From a bacterium (lineage in GTDB: Bacteria; CAIWAD01), in the NCBI GenBank assembly GCA_030685015.1, contig JAUXWS010000087.1, forward strand, positions 97,684 through 161,683: a stretch of 64,000 nucleotides of DNA. Direction: 5' to 3'. The translations under genes were made by a program, and so were the position numbers. Position 1 is the first letter of the stretch. Every line of letters begins with the position of its first letter. A model generated the notes under the pieces. It saw only the letters and a list, made by a program, of their open reading frames with translations, did no database searches and was not told where the DNA came from. Of the stretch, positions 28,017-37,993 are shown piece by piece.

Positions 28017-29209
28017 CACAGGCTCCACTCGATCTTGTCGATGGGGTCGATGCCCGTGATGTCCTCGCCCGCCGGCAGGAGCGTCCGATCCTGGTAGGTG
28101 CGGCCCTTCACGCGATGCACCAGCGTGGCGGCCTGGGCGTCCACGTCCAGGTACTCGGCCGGCGTGGCCGGCACGTCCGCCAGGGGCGCATCCACGGTTA
28201 CGTTGTAGACGCCGTCCACGGCCATGACGGCCGCCATCAGACGCGCGCGGATGAGGCCCTCGCCCAGCTGCAGGGCGTCCGAGTAGCCCTGCAGGGCCAG
28301 GCGCACGGCCGTGTCCACCGTGGCCTGGTCGGCCGTGGCGAAACGCCAGACGGTCAGGGAGAGGGCGACGGGCGTGATGGCCGCCCTGGAGACGACGAGC
28401 TGGGCGGTCAGGGGCTGGCGCGGCCGGATGTAGTCCCGCACGTCCGCCAGGAGTTGGGGCGTGGGCGCGCCATCCGTGCCCAGCACCACCACGCCCACCG
28501 TGCCGGGTCCGTAGGGCGCGTCGTCCAGCACCATGGCTGCCTGCACGCCCGGCACGCTCATTGCCCAGGCGTGATAGGCGCCGCGCGTGCCGCCGACACC
28601 CAGCGTGTCCCATTTGCCGATGGCGCGCTCACGGAAAGCCCGGTCGCTCTCGGCGTCCGCGCCCTCCTGCACCAGGGTGGAGAGCTCGCCCACGTCCACA
28701 TTGGTGACGGTCTCGATGCCGGAGATGGGCGTGACGATCAGCGTGATGAGACCCGCGGCCACGTTGCCGGAAAACCCCGCCTGCTCGGCCGTGGCCAGGA
28801 CGACCACCGAGCTCGCGCCCGTGGGCAGCGTGGCGTCCGCGTCGGTCAGAAACCGGACGCTGGCCCCCGCCGCGTCGCGCCGGCTGCGCACGATGGTGCC
28901 CGCCGGGATGAGCGTGTCCTGGGTGGCTGGCGTGGCCCGGCTGAAGGTCAGGCGCACCTGCGCCTGCTTGGCCACCAGGCGCCGCACGCCCACCTCGCGG
29001 GCCTTCAAGTCCAACCAAGATCCCGTGGCGGTTTGGATGAAGAGGGCGCCGCTGACCGTCCGCACCAGCTGGTAGAGGCCCGCCAGGCCGCTGGAGAGGG
29101 CCTCCAGGATGCCACGCAAGGCGGCGCCCACGTTGACGTTGGTGAAGGGCGTCTTGGCCAGGACGGCCGCCAGGAGGTCGGCCAGGATCTCGTCGAAGGA
29201 CTTGGTCAT
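28016..29209 (-). CDS. Baseplate J-like protein (P2 gpJ / Mu gp47)
   Basis: 397 aa with the family-typical N-terminus (FDEILADLLAAVLAKTP...). It lies between the gp25/W-like and I-like genes. Confidence 0.7.
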   Translation of the reverse strand: MTKSFDEILADLLAAVLAKTPFTNVNVGAALRGILEALSSGLAGLYQLVRTVSGALFIQTATGSWLDLKAREVGVRRLVAKQAQVRLTFSRATPATQDTLIPAGTIVRSRRDAAGASVRFLTDADATLPTGASSVVVLATAEQAGFSGNVAAGLITLIVTPISGIETVTNVDVGELSTLVQEGADAESDRAFRERAIGKWDTLGVGGTRGAYHAWAMSVPGVQAAMVLDDAPYGPGTVGVVVLGTDGAPTPQLLADVRDYIRPRQPLTAQLVVSRAAITPVALSLTVWRFATADQATVDTAVRLALQGYSDALQLGEGLIRARLMAAVMAVDGVYNVTVDAPLADVPATPAEYLDVDAQAATLVHRVKGRTYQDRTLLPAGEDITGIDPIDKIEWSL

Positions 29210-29634
29210 GGGACGATCTCCCCCTGGTGGACCGTGAAGGGCCCGGACAAGCCCAGGCCCCACACCAGCTCCTGCAGCTTGTCCTGCCCGGCCAGGGCGA
29301 AGCGGATCTGAAAGACCTTTTCCTCGGGCGTGAAGCCGATCTGCTGCACGCGGATGCTGGCGTCCTCCACGCGGGACTCGTCCTCCAGCGCCTCGCGCAG
29401 GTAGCGCAGGGCCAGCATGCGCGTGCGCGGCGTGTCCGGCGCGCCCAGCAGGGTCTTGATGCGGCAACCCCAGGCGGGGTGAGCCGGCAGCTCGCCGGGC
29501 AGGCTGGCCAGCCGGTCGAGGATGTCCTGGCGCATCACGTCCTCATCGTGGGCCACCTGCAGGTCGCCCGTTGGTGCCACCAAGAGGTCGCCATCGGCCG
29601 CAAAGGCAATGTCGCGGGCCAGGAACGTGCTCAC
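29206..29634 (-). CDS. Baseplate wedge protein, GPW/gp25-like
   Basis: 142 aa. ...DILDRLASLPGELPAHPAWGCRI... matches the gp25/W pattern. It overlaps neighbours by 4 nt. Confidence 0.6.
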   Translation of the reverse strand: MSTFLARDIAFAADGDLLVAPTGDLQVAHDEDVMRQDILDRLASLPGELPAHPAWGCRIKTLLGAPDTPRTRMLALRYLREALEDESRVEDASIRVQQIGFTPEEKVFQIRFALAGQDKLQELVWGLGLSGPFTVHQGEIVP

Positions 29635-29876
29635 TGGATCATCCCCGGGCCGGTCGTGGCCCCCGTCTGCGCGCTCGGACTGCCGGCAGTTGCCACCGGG
29701 ATGCCGGGCAGCACGATGGCAGAGGAGACGATGTGCTCCACGATAGCCTCGGCGATGGCCAGCGCATCGGCCTGCTGGACCGCACTGGCGGATCCCGGCG
29801 CGGCACGGTTGATGCCAGCCATGTGCTGGGTCCGCTTCGAGAGGATGAGGTCGGCCAGGGCCTGTGGATTGAGCAT
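29631..29876 (-). CDS. Small baseplate-region protein, unknown function
   Basis: 81-aa ORF coupled to the downstream gene, within the baseplate block. Confidence 0.4.
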   Translation of the reverse strand: MLNPQALADLILSKRTQHMAGINRAAPGSASAVQQADALAIAEAIVEHIVSSAIVLPGIPVATAGSPSAQTGATTGPGMIQ

Positions 29877-29884
29877 GCCTTACG

Positions 29885-30451
29885 CTACTCCGTCCGAGAG
29901 GTGTTTGAAAGCTCTTGCCCGGTCAAAGGGGCGATCGGTGTCGACGTGGGGACGCCCACGTTGCCGATGTGCTGATGGGCGTTGAAGAGGGACTGGAACG
30001 TGTTGCCCAGGATGAGCTGCTCGGCCGCGGCCGCGCCCAGCTCCACGGCTGGGGCCTTCACGTGCACCTTCACCGCGGATTCGATCTCCACCAGGCCATC
30101 CGCGCTCATCACCACACGGGCCTGGCCCTGCTCCAGCACCAGGTGCTTGTCTTGTGGGCCGGCGCCCGTGAGGAAACCGGAGACGAAGGGCTTGTCCGGC
30201 TGGCCGCCCTCGAAGGAGACCATCACGTGGTCGCCGGCCGTGGGCAGCACCACCAGGCGCGCGGCTGCAGTTGCCCAGACGGCCAGGATCTCGCAGCGGG
30301 GCAGAATGGCCAGGGCAGGGTCGTCGGGCTGGACGCTGACCGTGTAGGCCGCGGCGTCCACCTCGGTGACCACGCCGCGTACGGGGAAGCGCATGTAGCT
30401 GGAAAAGTCCGGGCGGACCTGCTCGATGAGGGTCTTCAGCTCCGCGCGCAT
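29885..30451 (-). CDS. Baseplate assembly protein V / central spike (Mu gp45-like)
   Basis: 188 aa. It has an OB-fold-like N-terminal part (FPVRGVVTEVD...GDHVMVSFEGGQPDKPFV) typical of gpV. Confidence 0.65.
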   Translation of the reverse strand: MRAELKTLIEQVRPDFSSYMRFPVRGVVTEVDAAAYTVSVQPDDPALAILPRCEILAVWATAAARLVVLPTAGDHVMVSFEGGQPDKPFVSGFLTGAGPQDKHLVLEQGQARVVMSADGLVEIESAVKVHVKAPAVELGAAAAEQLILGNTFQSLFNAHQHIGNVGVPTSTPIAPLTGQELSNTSRTE

Positions 30452-31197
30452 GGCGCCACCTGCAGCACGAGGCGTCCGCCCGCTTGCCAGCGGTACTCGG
30501 CCTCTTCGACGAACCAGCGCGTCCCGTCAATCGTCACCACCTGGCTGTGCAGGACGGGCGCCACCAGGGTTTCCACCTCCAGCAGGCCCAGCCGGCCCGG
30601 GCGCTGGTCGATCAGGTTGACGCCGGTCTCGATGGCGTGCACGGCCGCCTGGGCGTGGTCGGGTTCCGCCAGGACCAGCACGCCGTCCCGCACATGGAAA
30701 CGCAGCTCAGTCCCTGTCTCGCGCCGGACCCACTGCACGAGCTGCAGTAGGGCCTCCTTGGGTGTCAGGCCGTGGACGGGGAAGCGGTCGATGGTGAGAG
30801 CGGGAGCGTGGGCGGCCAGCGTGAGGCCCGTGCCGGCGATCAGGTCACCCGCGATCTCTGCCGGCGTCGACTGGTCCCAGGTGCGGGTGATGGCCCGGCC
30901 GCGCGCCTGCAGCAGGGTCTGCCAGTCGATCAGGTGAACGACGGTCTGAAGGCCCCGGGCCTGCACGTCCCGCGCGACGCCGTGGAAGATCGACGTGAGT
31001 TCCGCATCCTCCTGGTAGCCCCAGCGGATGCGGATGGCGTCGCCGGCCTTGACCTGGGGAGCGATCAGGCCTTCGGGGTCCTGCAGGAGTAGGTGGCCTG
31101 AGTCGGCCGTGTTCGTAGCCTGGCTGAACACGTGGAAGGCCGCCACAACGACCTCGATCGGCTGGCCCTTCCAGGTGACGTCGAAGAGTGGGGTCAC
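30436..31197 (-). CDS. Baseplate hub protein (late control D / Mu gp44-like)
   Basis: Position upstream of gpV and N-terminal similarity pattern to gpD-type proteins. It is shorter than the classical gpD. Confidence 0.45.
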   Translation of the reverse strand: MTPLFDVTWKGQPIEVVVAAFHVFSQATNTADSGHLLLQDPEGLIAPQVKAGDAIRIRWGYQEDAELTSIFHGVARDVQARGLQTVVHLIDWQTLLQARGRAITRTWDQSTPAEIAGDLIAGTGLTLAAHAPALTIDRFPVHGLTPKEALLQLVQWVRRETGTELRFHVRDGVLVLAEPDHAQAAVHAIETGVNLIDQRPGRLGLLEVETLVAPVLHSQVVTIDGTRWFVEEAEYRWQAGGRLVLQVAPCARS

Positions 31198-31206
31198 GCT
31201 TGGCTC

Positions 31207-31899
31207 CTACTCATCGGGGTCGTCCAGGTCCTCGGAAGGCGTCTCCGTTCCCGAGCCAGCGTCCACGCCGGCGCTAAACTGGTCCCGCACGTAGCCCAGC
31301 TCATGGTCCAGCTCGGCATTGCCCTCGATGGCCTCGGCGCCTGCAGCCGCGGCATCATCCGACGCGCCGGCGCCGGCCGCTTGATGTTCGAGCTGGGTCT
31401 TGATGGATTCGTACTCGGTGAGCACCAGGTGGACGGGAATCCAGTCGAAGGTTCCGTCCTCGTCCGCCGTCAGCTCCTGGATGAAGACCTGGCGGATCCC
31501 GATCAGGTCGGTCAGGGGCGAGACGATCTCCACGGCCTTGGGCAGGCTGGCACGCCCGTCGCGGAACAGGCGCTGCAGGACGCGCAGACGCTCCAGGGCC
31601 GGCTGGATCAGCGTGCCGTCCAGGCCCTCCTCGTCACAGACCTCCAGCTCCACGGTGATCTCGGCGGGCTCGTAACCTGTCACGTGGCGGACCTTGCCGC
31701 TTTTCTTGGGGATGGAGATCTCGTCGACCTTGATGGCCTGCTTGACGGTCATGGCCTTGGGCGGCACGATGAAGGTCAGGCCGCCCAGCATGAAGGGGAT
31801 TTCCGCGAGGTTGCGCAGCGACGAGCCTGCTGCCGTGGCCTCTTGTAGCAGCTGTTCTTCCGCTGTGGGCGGGCCCGCCTGATTCGGATCAGTTGGCAT
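31207..31899 (-). CDS. Tail/baseplate protein downstream of the tape measure (Mu gp43 / DNA-circulation-like position)
   Basis: 230-aa ORF that overlaps the TMP stop by 11 nt. The assignment is by synteny only. Confidence 0.4.
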   Translation of the reverse strand: MPTDPNQAGPPTAEEQLLQEATAAGSSLRNLAEIPFMLGGLTFIVPPKAMTVKQAIKVDEISIPKKSGKVRHVTGYEPAEITVELEVCDEEGLDGTLIQPALERLRVLQRLFRDGRASLPKAVEIVSPLTDLIGIRQVFIQELTADEDGTFDWIPVHLVLTEYESIKTQLEHQAAGAGASDDAAAAGAEAIEGNAELDHELGYVRDQFSAGVDAGSGTETPSEDLDDPDE

Positions 31900-34654
31900 A
31901 CTGCAGGCCCTCCAATCCGTCCTCCTGTCCCGCCGCGCTGCGCAAGGCCTCCATCACCTGGTCCCGGATGGAGGTGGCCGGCGTGTTCGGGCCCGCCGTC
32001 ACCTCGATCTTCGAGACCGTGATGCTGCGGTCGACGTTGGCGGTTTGGCTGCGATGGGTGATGGCCTTGGCCGGTTGCGAGCCGACACCCGCCCGGGCGG
32101 GTCTGAGCGGGCCTTGGCCTGCCGTCAATCCAGCGCCCGCTGCCGCCGCCAGGCGCCCGCCCCGGGGCGCGACGGCCATGGCCGCCTCAAGCCCCGAAGG
32201 CGCCGCCATGGAGGTCATGGTGGACGTGGCCGCCTTCGGATCCCGTTTGAAGACGCCCTTGACAGCGGATGCCGCGCCCGTGAGATCCTCGCCCATGCCG
32301 GTTCCCGTCTTGAGCTTGGGGATGAGGGGAATCTCGACGCCCGGGATCAGGTTGATGGTTTCGATGAGGCCATTGATCAGGCCAATGACGCCGTTGATCC
32401 CCGACTTGAAGCCGTCCCACATGCCGTCGAGGAAGTTTCGGACCGGCTCGAAGCGCTGGTACAAGACCTTGATCAGGGTGATCGGCCAAAACATGGCCTT
32501 GACCGCCATCTTCACGCCCCAGAGGAATCCGTCCCAGAGCGTGTTCAGCAGATTCCGGAAGCCCTCGCTGTGCTGGTAGGCGTAGACGATGCCCGCCGTC
32601 AAGAGGGCCAAGAGGCCAACCACGATGCCGATGGGGTTGGCGGAGAGGGCCGCGTTGAGCAGCCACTGGATTCCCGCCCAGATCTTGGACACGACCGCCA
32701 CGGCCACGATCTGGGCGTTCAGCAGGATGGCGCTGCGCGCATTCCACAGGTAGGCCGCGCCCGCCCGCATCGCCGCCACGCGCGCCACCAGGAAGCCCGC
32801 CGCTGCCCGCACGCCGCCGATCGCGGCGCGCGCGCCCGCCAGCATCGTCTGGGTGGCGAAGGTCCACACGGCAGCAATGGCGGGGGCGATGAGCGGCCAC
32901 GCGAAGGCGCCCAGGGCGACGAACAAGAGGCCGCTGACGATCGGGTTGGCCTGGATCCAGTTCCAGGCGCGTAGGATGGTCCCGACCATGAAGCCCAATC
33001 CCCAGGCCACCATGCCGGCGAAGAACAGGATGGGCGAGATGCCGCTCATGGCGCCCTGGTACCAGCCGGTCAGAAAGCGCCAGAACGCGCCCAGGGTGGC
33101 GTCGAAAACCGTGGCGATGCCCTGGCCCATGGCCTTCACGCCGCCCCAGATGGCGAAGACCACGGGTTTGATGGCAAACCAGACCTCTTCGACCGTGTCG
33201 CGGAAGCCCAGGAAATTGGTGTCCCAGGCCTTCACGATGGCGTAGAGGGCCAGGCCCACCAGTGCGAAGGGCGCGATCATATTCAGCGCGCCCAGGCCCA
33301 GGGCCTTCAGGCTGGCGGTCAGCGGCACGGCCGCCGAGTTCGTCACGCCCAACGAGAAGGCGATCTGCCCAAGCTTGGCGGGGAGCTGCAGGGCCAAGGC
33401 GCCCAGGTGCAGGAAGCCGCCGCCCACCAGTAGCAGGGCCCCGCCCAGGATCAGTCCCACGGCCGCCACGAAGGCGATGCCCGCCGCCACCTTGGTCAGG
33501 ACCGGGTGCGCACGCAGCCAGCCGAAGATGGCGTCGGCCACGCCCTTGATCGCGCCCATGAGCTGCAGGGTCATGGGCATCAGCGCCCCACCAATCGTCA
33601 TGCTGACGCCGCTCATGGCCGCCTTCATGAGCTTCCACTGGCCCGTCGGCGTGTCCATGATGCGCTTCTCGAACTTGGCCGTGGCGCTGGAGGCCTTCGT
33701 GATGTCGCCGCGCATGCCCATCAGCTCATCGCGCGAGCTGGACAAGAGGATGTTGAAGACCTTGATGCCCTCGGCGCCGAAGATGTCCGTCAGGGTGGTG
33801 TTCTTCTTCTCCTCGGACAGGGTGCCGAGCTTGGCCTTCAGCTCGCCAAAGACCTCGATGAAGTCCCGCGTCTTGCCCGTGACCTTGTCGTAGACGTTGA
33901 CGCCCAGCGCCTTGCGCACCTTGCCCGCCTGGGTGTAGAGCTTGGTCATGGTCATGGAAAGCCGCGTGCCGGCGCGCGCGCCCACCTCGTTCCGGTTGGC
34001 CAAGACGCCCAGCACGGCCAGGTTGGTCCCAATGGACTGCCCAAACGTGGCCGAGGTCGAGGCCGTGTTGAGCATCGACTCCTGCAGGTCGCCGAACTTC
34101 AGGTTGGAACGGTTCATGGCCACGGTCATCATGTCGCTCAGGGTCGTGGCTTGGGACAAGGGCTTCTTGTAGGCGTTGAGCGTGCCGACGAGGAGCGCGC
34201 CGGCGTCGGCCATGGCCACCTGCTGGCCCGTGGCGAAGGAGATCGTGTCGGCCATAATGCCGGTCTTGTTGGCCACGTCCACGGCAGTGAGACCCATGGA
34301 CGCCAGCTCGCCCTGGCCCTCCGCCACCTGCTGGGCCGTGAAGGCCGTCTTGGCGCCCAGATACATGGCCGTGTCACCGATGGCCTGGACCTGTTTGTCC
34401 GAGGCCTCCGCGATGCCGCCGACCCGCGCGATCTCCGTCTGGAATTTTCCCATCTGCAGAATGGGCATGGCTAGGCTGGCCGCGATGCCGGCGCCCACCA
34501 GCATGGTCTTCAGGCCGGCCTTCTTCACGCGCTCGCTGGCCTGCTCGAAGTTGCCCGCGAACTTATCCAGGCGCTTGGACGCCGCCGTGAAGGCCGAGAG
34601 GTTGCTCGTCCCGAAGACGCTGATCGTGATGGCGCTGGTGAAGCCGGTCATCAT
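31889..34654 (-). CDS. Tail tape measure protein
   Basis: 921 aa. The N-terminal helical TP901-type core has ...DTAMYLGAKTAFTAQQVAEGQGELASMGL... The middle region has long hydrophobic/Gly-rich segments. It lies after the G/GT chaperones. Confidence 0.85.
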   Translation of the reverse strand: MMTGFTSAITISVFGTSNLSAFTAASKRLDKFAGNFEQASERVKKAGLKTMLVGAGIAASLAMPILQMGKFQTEIARVGGIAEASDKQVQAIGDTAMYLGAKTAFTAQQVAEGQGELASMGLTAVDVANKTGIMADTISFATGQQVAMADAGALLVGTLNAYKKPLSQATTLSDMMTVAMNRSNLKFGDLQESMLNTASTSATFGQSIGTNLAVLGVLANRNEVGARAGTRLSMTMTKLYTQAGKVRKALGVNVYDKVTGKTRDFIEVFGELKAKLGTLSEEKKNTTLTDIFGAEGIKVFNILLSSSRDELMGMRGDITKASSATAKFEKRIMDTPTGQWKLMKAAMSGVSMTIGGALMPMTLQLMGAIKGVADAIFGWLRAHPVLTKVAAGIAFVAAVGLILGGALLLVGGGFLHLGALALQLPAKLGQIAFSLGVTNSAAVPLTASLKALGLGALNMIAPFALVGLALYAIVKAWDTNFLGFRDTVEEVWFAIKPVVFAIWGGVKAMGQGIATVFDATLGAFWRFLTGWYQGAMSGISPILFFAGMVAWGLGFMVGTILRAWNWIQANPIVSGLLFVALGAFAWPLIAPAIAAVWTFATQTMLAGARAAIGGVRAAAGFLVARVAAMRAGAAYLWNARSAILLNAQIVAVAVVSKIWAGIQWLLNAALSANPIGIVVGLLALLTAGIVYAYQHSEGFRNLLNTLWDGFLWGVKMAVKAMFWPITLIKVLYQRFEPVRNFLDGMWDGFKSGINGVIGLINGLIETINLIPGVEIPLIPKLKTGTGMGEDLTGAASAVKGVFKRDPKAATSTMTSMAAPSGLEAAMAVAPRGGRLAAAAGAGLTAGQGPLRPARAGVGSQPAKAITHRSQTANVDRSITVSKIEVTAGPNTPATSIRDQVMEALRSAAGQEDGLEGLQYAN

Positions 34655-34666
34655 CGAGGCGGGTTC

Positions 34667-35211
34667 CTATCGTTTGCGCCGGCTGGGCCGGCTGGTGGCC
34701 CGGTTCGCCTTCGCTTCCTGTTCGCCCAACCATTCCGCCGCGACCTGCAGTTCGACGACTTCCTCGAAGGGCGTGGCGTCCAGGACCTCGAAGGTGTAGG
34801 CGTGAAAGCGGTGGGCGATCACCGCACGCGCCTGGAGGTACCAGGCCCCCTCCAGGTCTGCGCGCGCCGCCCTTAGAGCTTTTTTACCGTGATCTCCTTC
34901 GAGTAGCCCAGCACCTCCTGGATCTTCTCGGAGAGGGCCGCGATCAAGCCCGGCTCCCAGGCACCACCCTGATTGTATTCCAGCTCCTGGGCGTCGATGG
35001 CCGGCGCGACCACGAAGGTTCGGACGATGTCCAGGGCCAGGCGCTGCTCGTTTCCCTTGGCGCTCTTGGCCAGGCGACTGAACTCGTCCCAACTGGAACC
35101 GCGCACGACGAAGCCGCGACCATCGGGCAATTCCAACTGGTAGAGGCTGGCCTTGGGGTACTTGGTTTTGAGGTCTTTGACGACCTCGGGAGTGACGACA
35201 AACGGGTCCAT
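34667..35211 (-). CDS. Tail assembly chaperone frameshift product (gpGT-like)
   Basis: The -1 frame stays open from the slippery site to 34667 (…GKKALRAARADLEGAW...RRKR*). This is the conserved G/GT architecture. Confidence 0.5.
34873..35211 (-). CDS. Tail assembly chaperone (gpG-like)
   Basis: 112 aa starting at MDPFVVTPE. It lies between the tube and tape measure genes and ends ...EITVKKL*. Confidence 0.6.
   Translation of the reverse strand: MDPFVVTPEVVKDLKTKYPKASLYQLELPDGRGFVVRGSSWDEFSRLAKSAKGNEQRLALDIVRTFVVAPAIDAQELEYNQGGAWEPGLIAALSEKIQEVLGYSKEITVKKL
34879..34885 (-). promoter_or_regulatory. -1 programmed ribosomal frameshift slippery heptamer A AAA AAG
   Basis: The minus strand reads ...acg gtA AAA AAG ctc taa. 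The heptamer lies 2 codons before the gpG stop. Confidence 0.55.
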
Positions 35212-35297
35212 GAATCCTCCAGAGGGGAGTTGAGAGAGTCCGGGGCAGTGGCGCGGGCCCTGGAAGGCTGACGCGCCGCTGCCCCGTGCTGTGTGTG

Positions 35298-35759
35298 TTA
35301 GAAGCCAAGCATGCCCGTGGCGAAGCCCGAGCACTTGATGCTGATCGCCTCGGCGTCCTCGCTGTCGGAAATGCCGCCGTCGGTGTTCGTGATCTCCACG
35401 CCCGTGAAGGTCTTCGACAGCGCGCTGTTCAGACCCGGGTAGAAGAGCACGATGACCGCGTTCCTGCAGTCGCAGGGGTTGAGGTAGAGCTCGCCTGCCG
35501 CCAGGCTGCCGGCCGCCATGACGGTCTTCAGCTCAGCCAGGGAGATGAGGAGCTCGGTGATCTCGAAGTCGATCTCGTAGGTCGTGTGATTGCTCCGGAC
35601 GACGCCATGGGCGTCCGCGAAGCCCGCGCCGAAGACGGGCTTCTTGTCCCTGGAGATCTTCCAGTTGAAGTTGACGAGCCCGAAGACGGGCATGCCATTC
35701 AAGAGCATCTTGACACTGTTGCCCGCGATGCCGTCGGCGAATCCCGGCGTGGGAGGCAT
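35298..35759 (-). CDS. Tail tube protein (contractile tail)
   Basis: 153 aa, immediately downstream of the sheath gene. Size and beta-rich sequence are typical of myophage tube proteins. Confidence 0.65.
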   Translation of the reverse strand: MPPTPGFADGIAGNSVKMLLNGMPVFGLVNFNWKISRDKKPVFGAGFADAHGVVRSNHTTYEIDFEITELLISLAELKTVMAAGSLAAGELYLNPCDCRNAVIVLFYPGLNSALSKTFTGVEITNTDGGISDSEDAEAISIKCSGFATGMLGF

Positions 35760-35791
35760 GGTGGTTCTCCTTGTTAGCTACGGCTCTGGGC

Positions 35792-37186
35792 CTAGTCCAG
35801 GTAGACCTTCTCCAGGATGATCTCGAAGGCCTTCATGCTGTTGATGCTGATGTGCGCCTCGACCTCGCCCAGCGCCCGCATCTCGTCCGTCGAGGTGAGC
35901 TGCAGGTCGTAGTGGTCGATCTCGCCCTTTTGCGCCATCAGGGAAAGCGGCTGGCGCATGTCGGTCTCCATCAGGAGCAGGCCCTCGCCCGCCGAGTCGT
36001 TGGGCTTGCCCAGGTGCGGCAGGGCCGCCAGGCGGCAGGCCTTGCCCGCGGCGTAGGTGGCGCGCACCTTCTCGACACGGTTGTAGGCGCTCCCCTCCGG
36101 GCAGCGGTTGTCGCTGAGGCCGAAGATCAGCCCCAGGCCGGGCTCGTTGCGCATGTGAATCAGGTGCTCGGTCACGAGCAGGGTCTGCTGGCCGACGTTC
36201 CACTCGGGGCAGAGCTTGGAGACATTGGGCGCCGACTTGGCCAAGAGGCTCTCCTGGACCTTCAGCGCCGCCACCCGGCCCGCCACCGCACTGGTGATGC
36301 GGTTCCAGTAGACGGTCCCGGCCATGTCCGTGTAGCGCGCCTCGCCCACGGGGATGACGGCGTTCTGATCCGCCACCGTGGCGATCAGAGTCTGGATCGT
36401 CGTCACGTAGGTGCTGGTCTCGGCCGCCGTCGGCTTCAGCGGGTCGGCCACGACCATGCGCGGCACGTCCAGGAAGGCAAAGCGCTCGCCCAGGTTCGAC
36501 GTCACCATCGTGTTGCAGCTGGTGAGGATGGCCGCCCAGAGGGTCAGGGTGTCCGCGCCCACGAAATGCACCCAGTTGACGTCCGTGAAGTCCTCGCTGG
36601 CCGTGATGCCCGCCGTGTAGTCGCCGTTGGCCAGGGTCAGGCCATCGTTGCCGCCCGCCATGTTGGCCGCGGCCTTGGCCGCCACAAGCCCGCCGGCGCC
36701 GATGGTCGCCTTCACCAGGGACTGACCGGCGTTGATGGCCGCCACAAGGGCCGCGTTGGATGTCGCCGTGAAGGAATAGACCACGTCGGTGTCGGGGTCC
36801 ACGATCTCGATCGTGCGATCAGCGCCGTTGGCCGTGATGGAGATGCTCACGCCGTTCCACCAGGTGCCCGGGTAGTAGCCATCCAGCGTGAAGGCCGTGC
36901 CGGTCGCGCCGGGAATGGACATGGTTGCCTTGGCCATGGCGCTGCCCGCCAGGCGCAAGGCGTAGATGACCGTGGAGCCCGCGTCCAGGCGCTCCAGGAG
37001 GGCCTGCAGCAAGGGCCCGCTCTTGAACAGGTCCAATGCGCTGCGCTTGTCCGAAATGATGTAGCGGGTCAGCTTGTCGCCGCCACCTGCCGCGCCGGCC
37101 ACACACTCGATGGCCGTCGGCTTCTGGCTCATGCCCGCCTTGCCCGAGAAGTACTCGGTGTAGACGTCCTTGATGATCTTGCCCAC
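35792..37186 (-). CDS. Tail sheath protein
   Basis: 464 aa, positioned before the tube gene, with family-like N- and C-terminal regions. Confidence 0.8.
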   Translation of the reverse strand: MGKIIKDVYTEYFSGKAGMSQKPTAIECVAGAAGGGDKLTRYIISDKRSALDLFKSGPLLQALLERLDAGSTVIYALRLAGSAMAKATMSIPGATGTAFTLDGYYPGTWWNGVSISITANGADRTIEIVDPDTDVVYSFTATSNAALVAAINAGQSLVKATIGAGGLVAAKAAANMAGGNDGLTLANGDYTAGITASEDFTDVNWVHFVGADTLTLWAAILTSCNTMVTSNLGERFAFLDVPRMVVADPLKPTAAETSTYVTTIQTLIATVADQNAVIPVGEARYTDMAGTVYWNRITSAVAGRVAALKVQESLLAKSAPNVSKLCPEWNVGQQTLLVTEHLIHMRNEPGLGLIFGLSDNRCPEGSAYNRVEKVRATYAAGKACRLAALPHLGKPNDSAGEGLLLMETDMRQPLSLMAQKGEIDHYDLQLTSTDEMRALGEVEAHISINSMKAFEIILEKVYLD

Positions 37187-37195
37187 GTTGCCTCC

Positions 37196-37432
37196 CTACT
37201 GCTTCTGCGCCGGAGCCGCGAGCCACGCGGTCACCAGGGCCTCGAACTCCACCGGATCCACCAGGGCCGTCCGGGTCAGCCCGTGCTCGGCCAGGACTCC
37301 GGCCGCCACGGTTGCCGGGACCTTCAGCCGCTTGATCACCGTGGCCGCGCGCTGCTGCGTGAACTGGGCCGGAGCTCCTTGCCCGCCTCCGCTCACTTCC
37401 GTCCCTTCCTGGGGCTTGTCGCCTGCCTTCAT
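37196..37432 (-). CDS. Small phage protein, unknown function
   Basis: 78-aa ORF with good spacing within the neck/tail block. Confidence 0.4.
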   Translation of the reverse strand: MKAGDKPQEGTEVSGGGQGAPAQFTQQRAATVIKRLKVPATVAAGVLAEHGLTRTALVDPVEFEALVTAWLAAPAQKQ

Positions 37433-37441
37433 GCTGGGCTC

Positions 37442-37993
37442 CTAGTTCAGTTCGATGCTCTGGGAATTCGTCTCGATCAGCGGCGCGCGCTGGACCTCGT
37501 CCACCACCACTGCCCAGACCTCCACATCCAGCGTCCGCTGGGCCTCAAAGGGCACGCGTGTCAAGAGCGGGCCTTGGTCGCTTTCACCTAGGAAGCGAAG
37601 GCGCTCCAGGTGGACGGGCGTGCCGGTTACTTCATCCACCAGGTCCAAGGGCTGCCCGTTGGCGTGCCGGCGCAGGAACGCCTGCACGGTCTCGGACACC
37701 TTGTCCAGCACCGTCGTGCCGCTCTTGCCACTCATGGCCGCGCTGCGCAGCGTGAGGCGCAGGGTCAACCGGCGCGCCCAGGCCTTGTGATAGACCCACT
37801 CTTGGGCCCCTTCATCCCACTCCTTCACGTCGTAGCGTCCCGTCCCCTTGCCCTGCAGCCGCTCCGCCGTCTTGGTGACCATCAGGTAGGGCCAGGGCTC
37901 GCCCGCCTGCGTCCAGGCCAGCTCGTCCTTGAAGACGTGCAGGACAGGATTCAGCACCACCAGGTGCTCGGCGAAGGCGCGCTCCACGATCAT
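37442..37993 (-). CDS. Tail completion / neck protein
   Basis: The start MIVERAF overlaps the upstream stop (ATGA). The assignment is by synteny between the gp10-like and sheath genes. Confidence 0.45.
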   Translation of the reverse strand: MIVERAFAEHLVVLNPVLHVFKDELAWTQAGEPWPYLMVTKTAERLQGKGTGRYDVKEWDEGAQEWVYHKAWARRLTLRLTLRSAAMSGKSGTTVLDKVSETVQAFLRRHANGQPLDLVDEVTGTPVHLERLRFLGESDQGPLLTRVPFEAQRTLDVEVWAVVVDEVQRAPLIETNSQSIELN

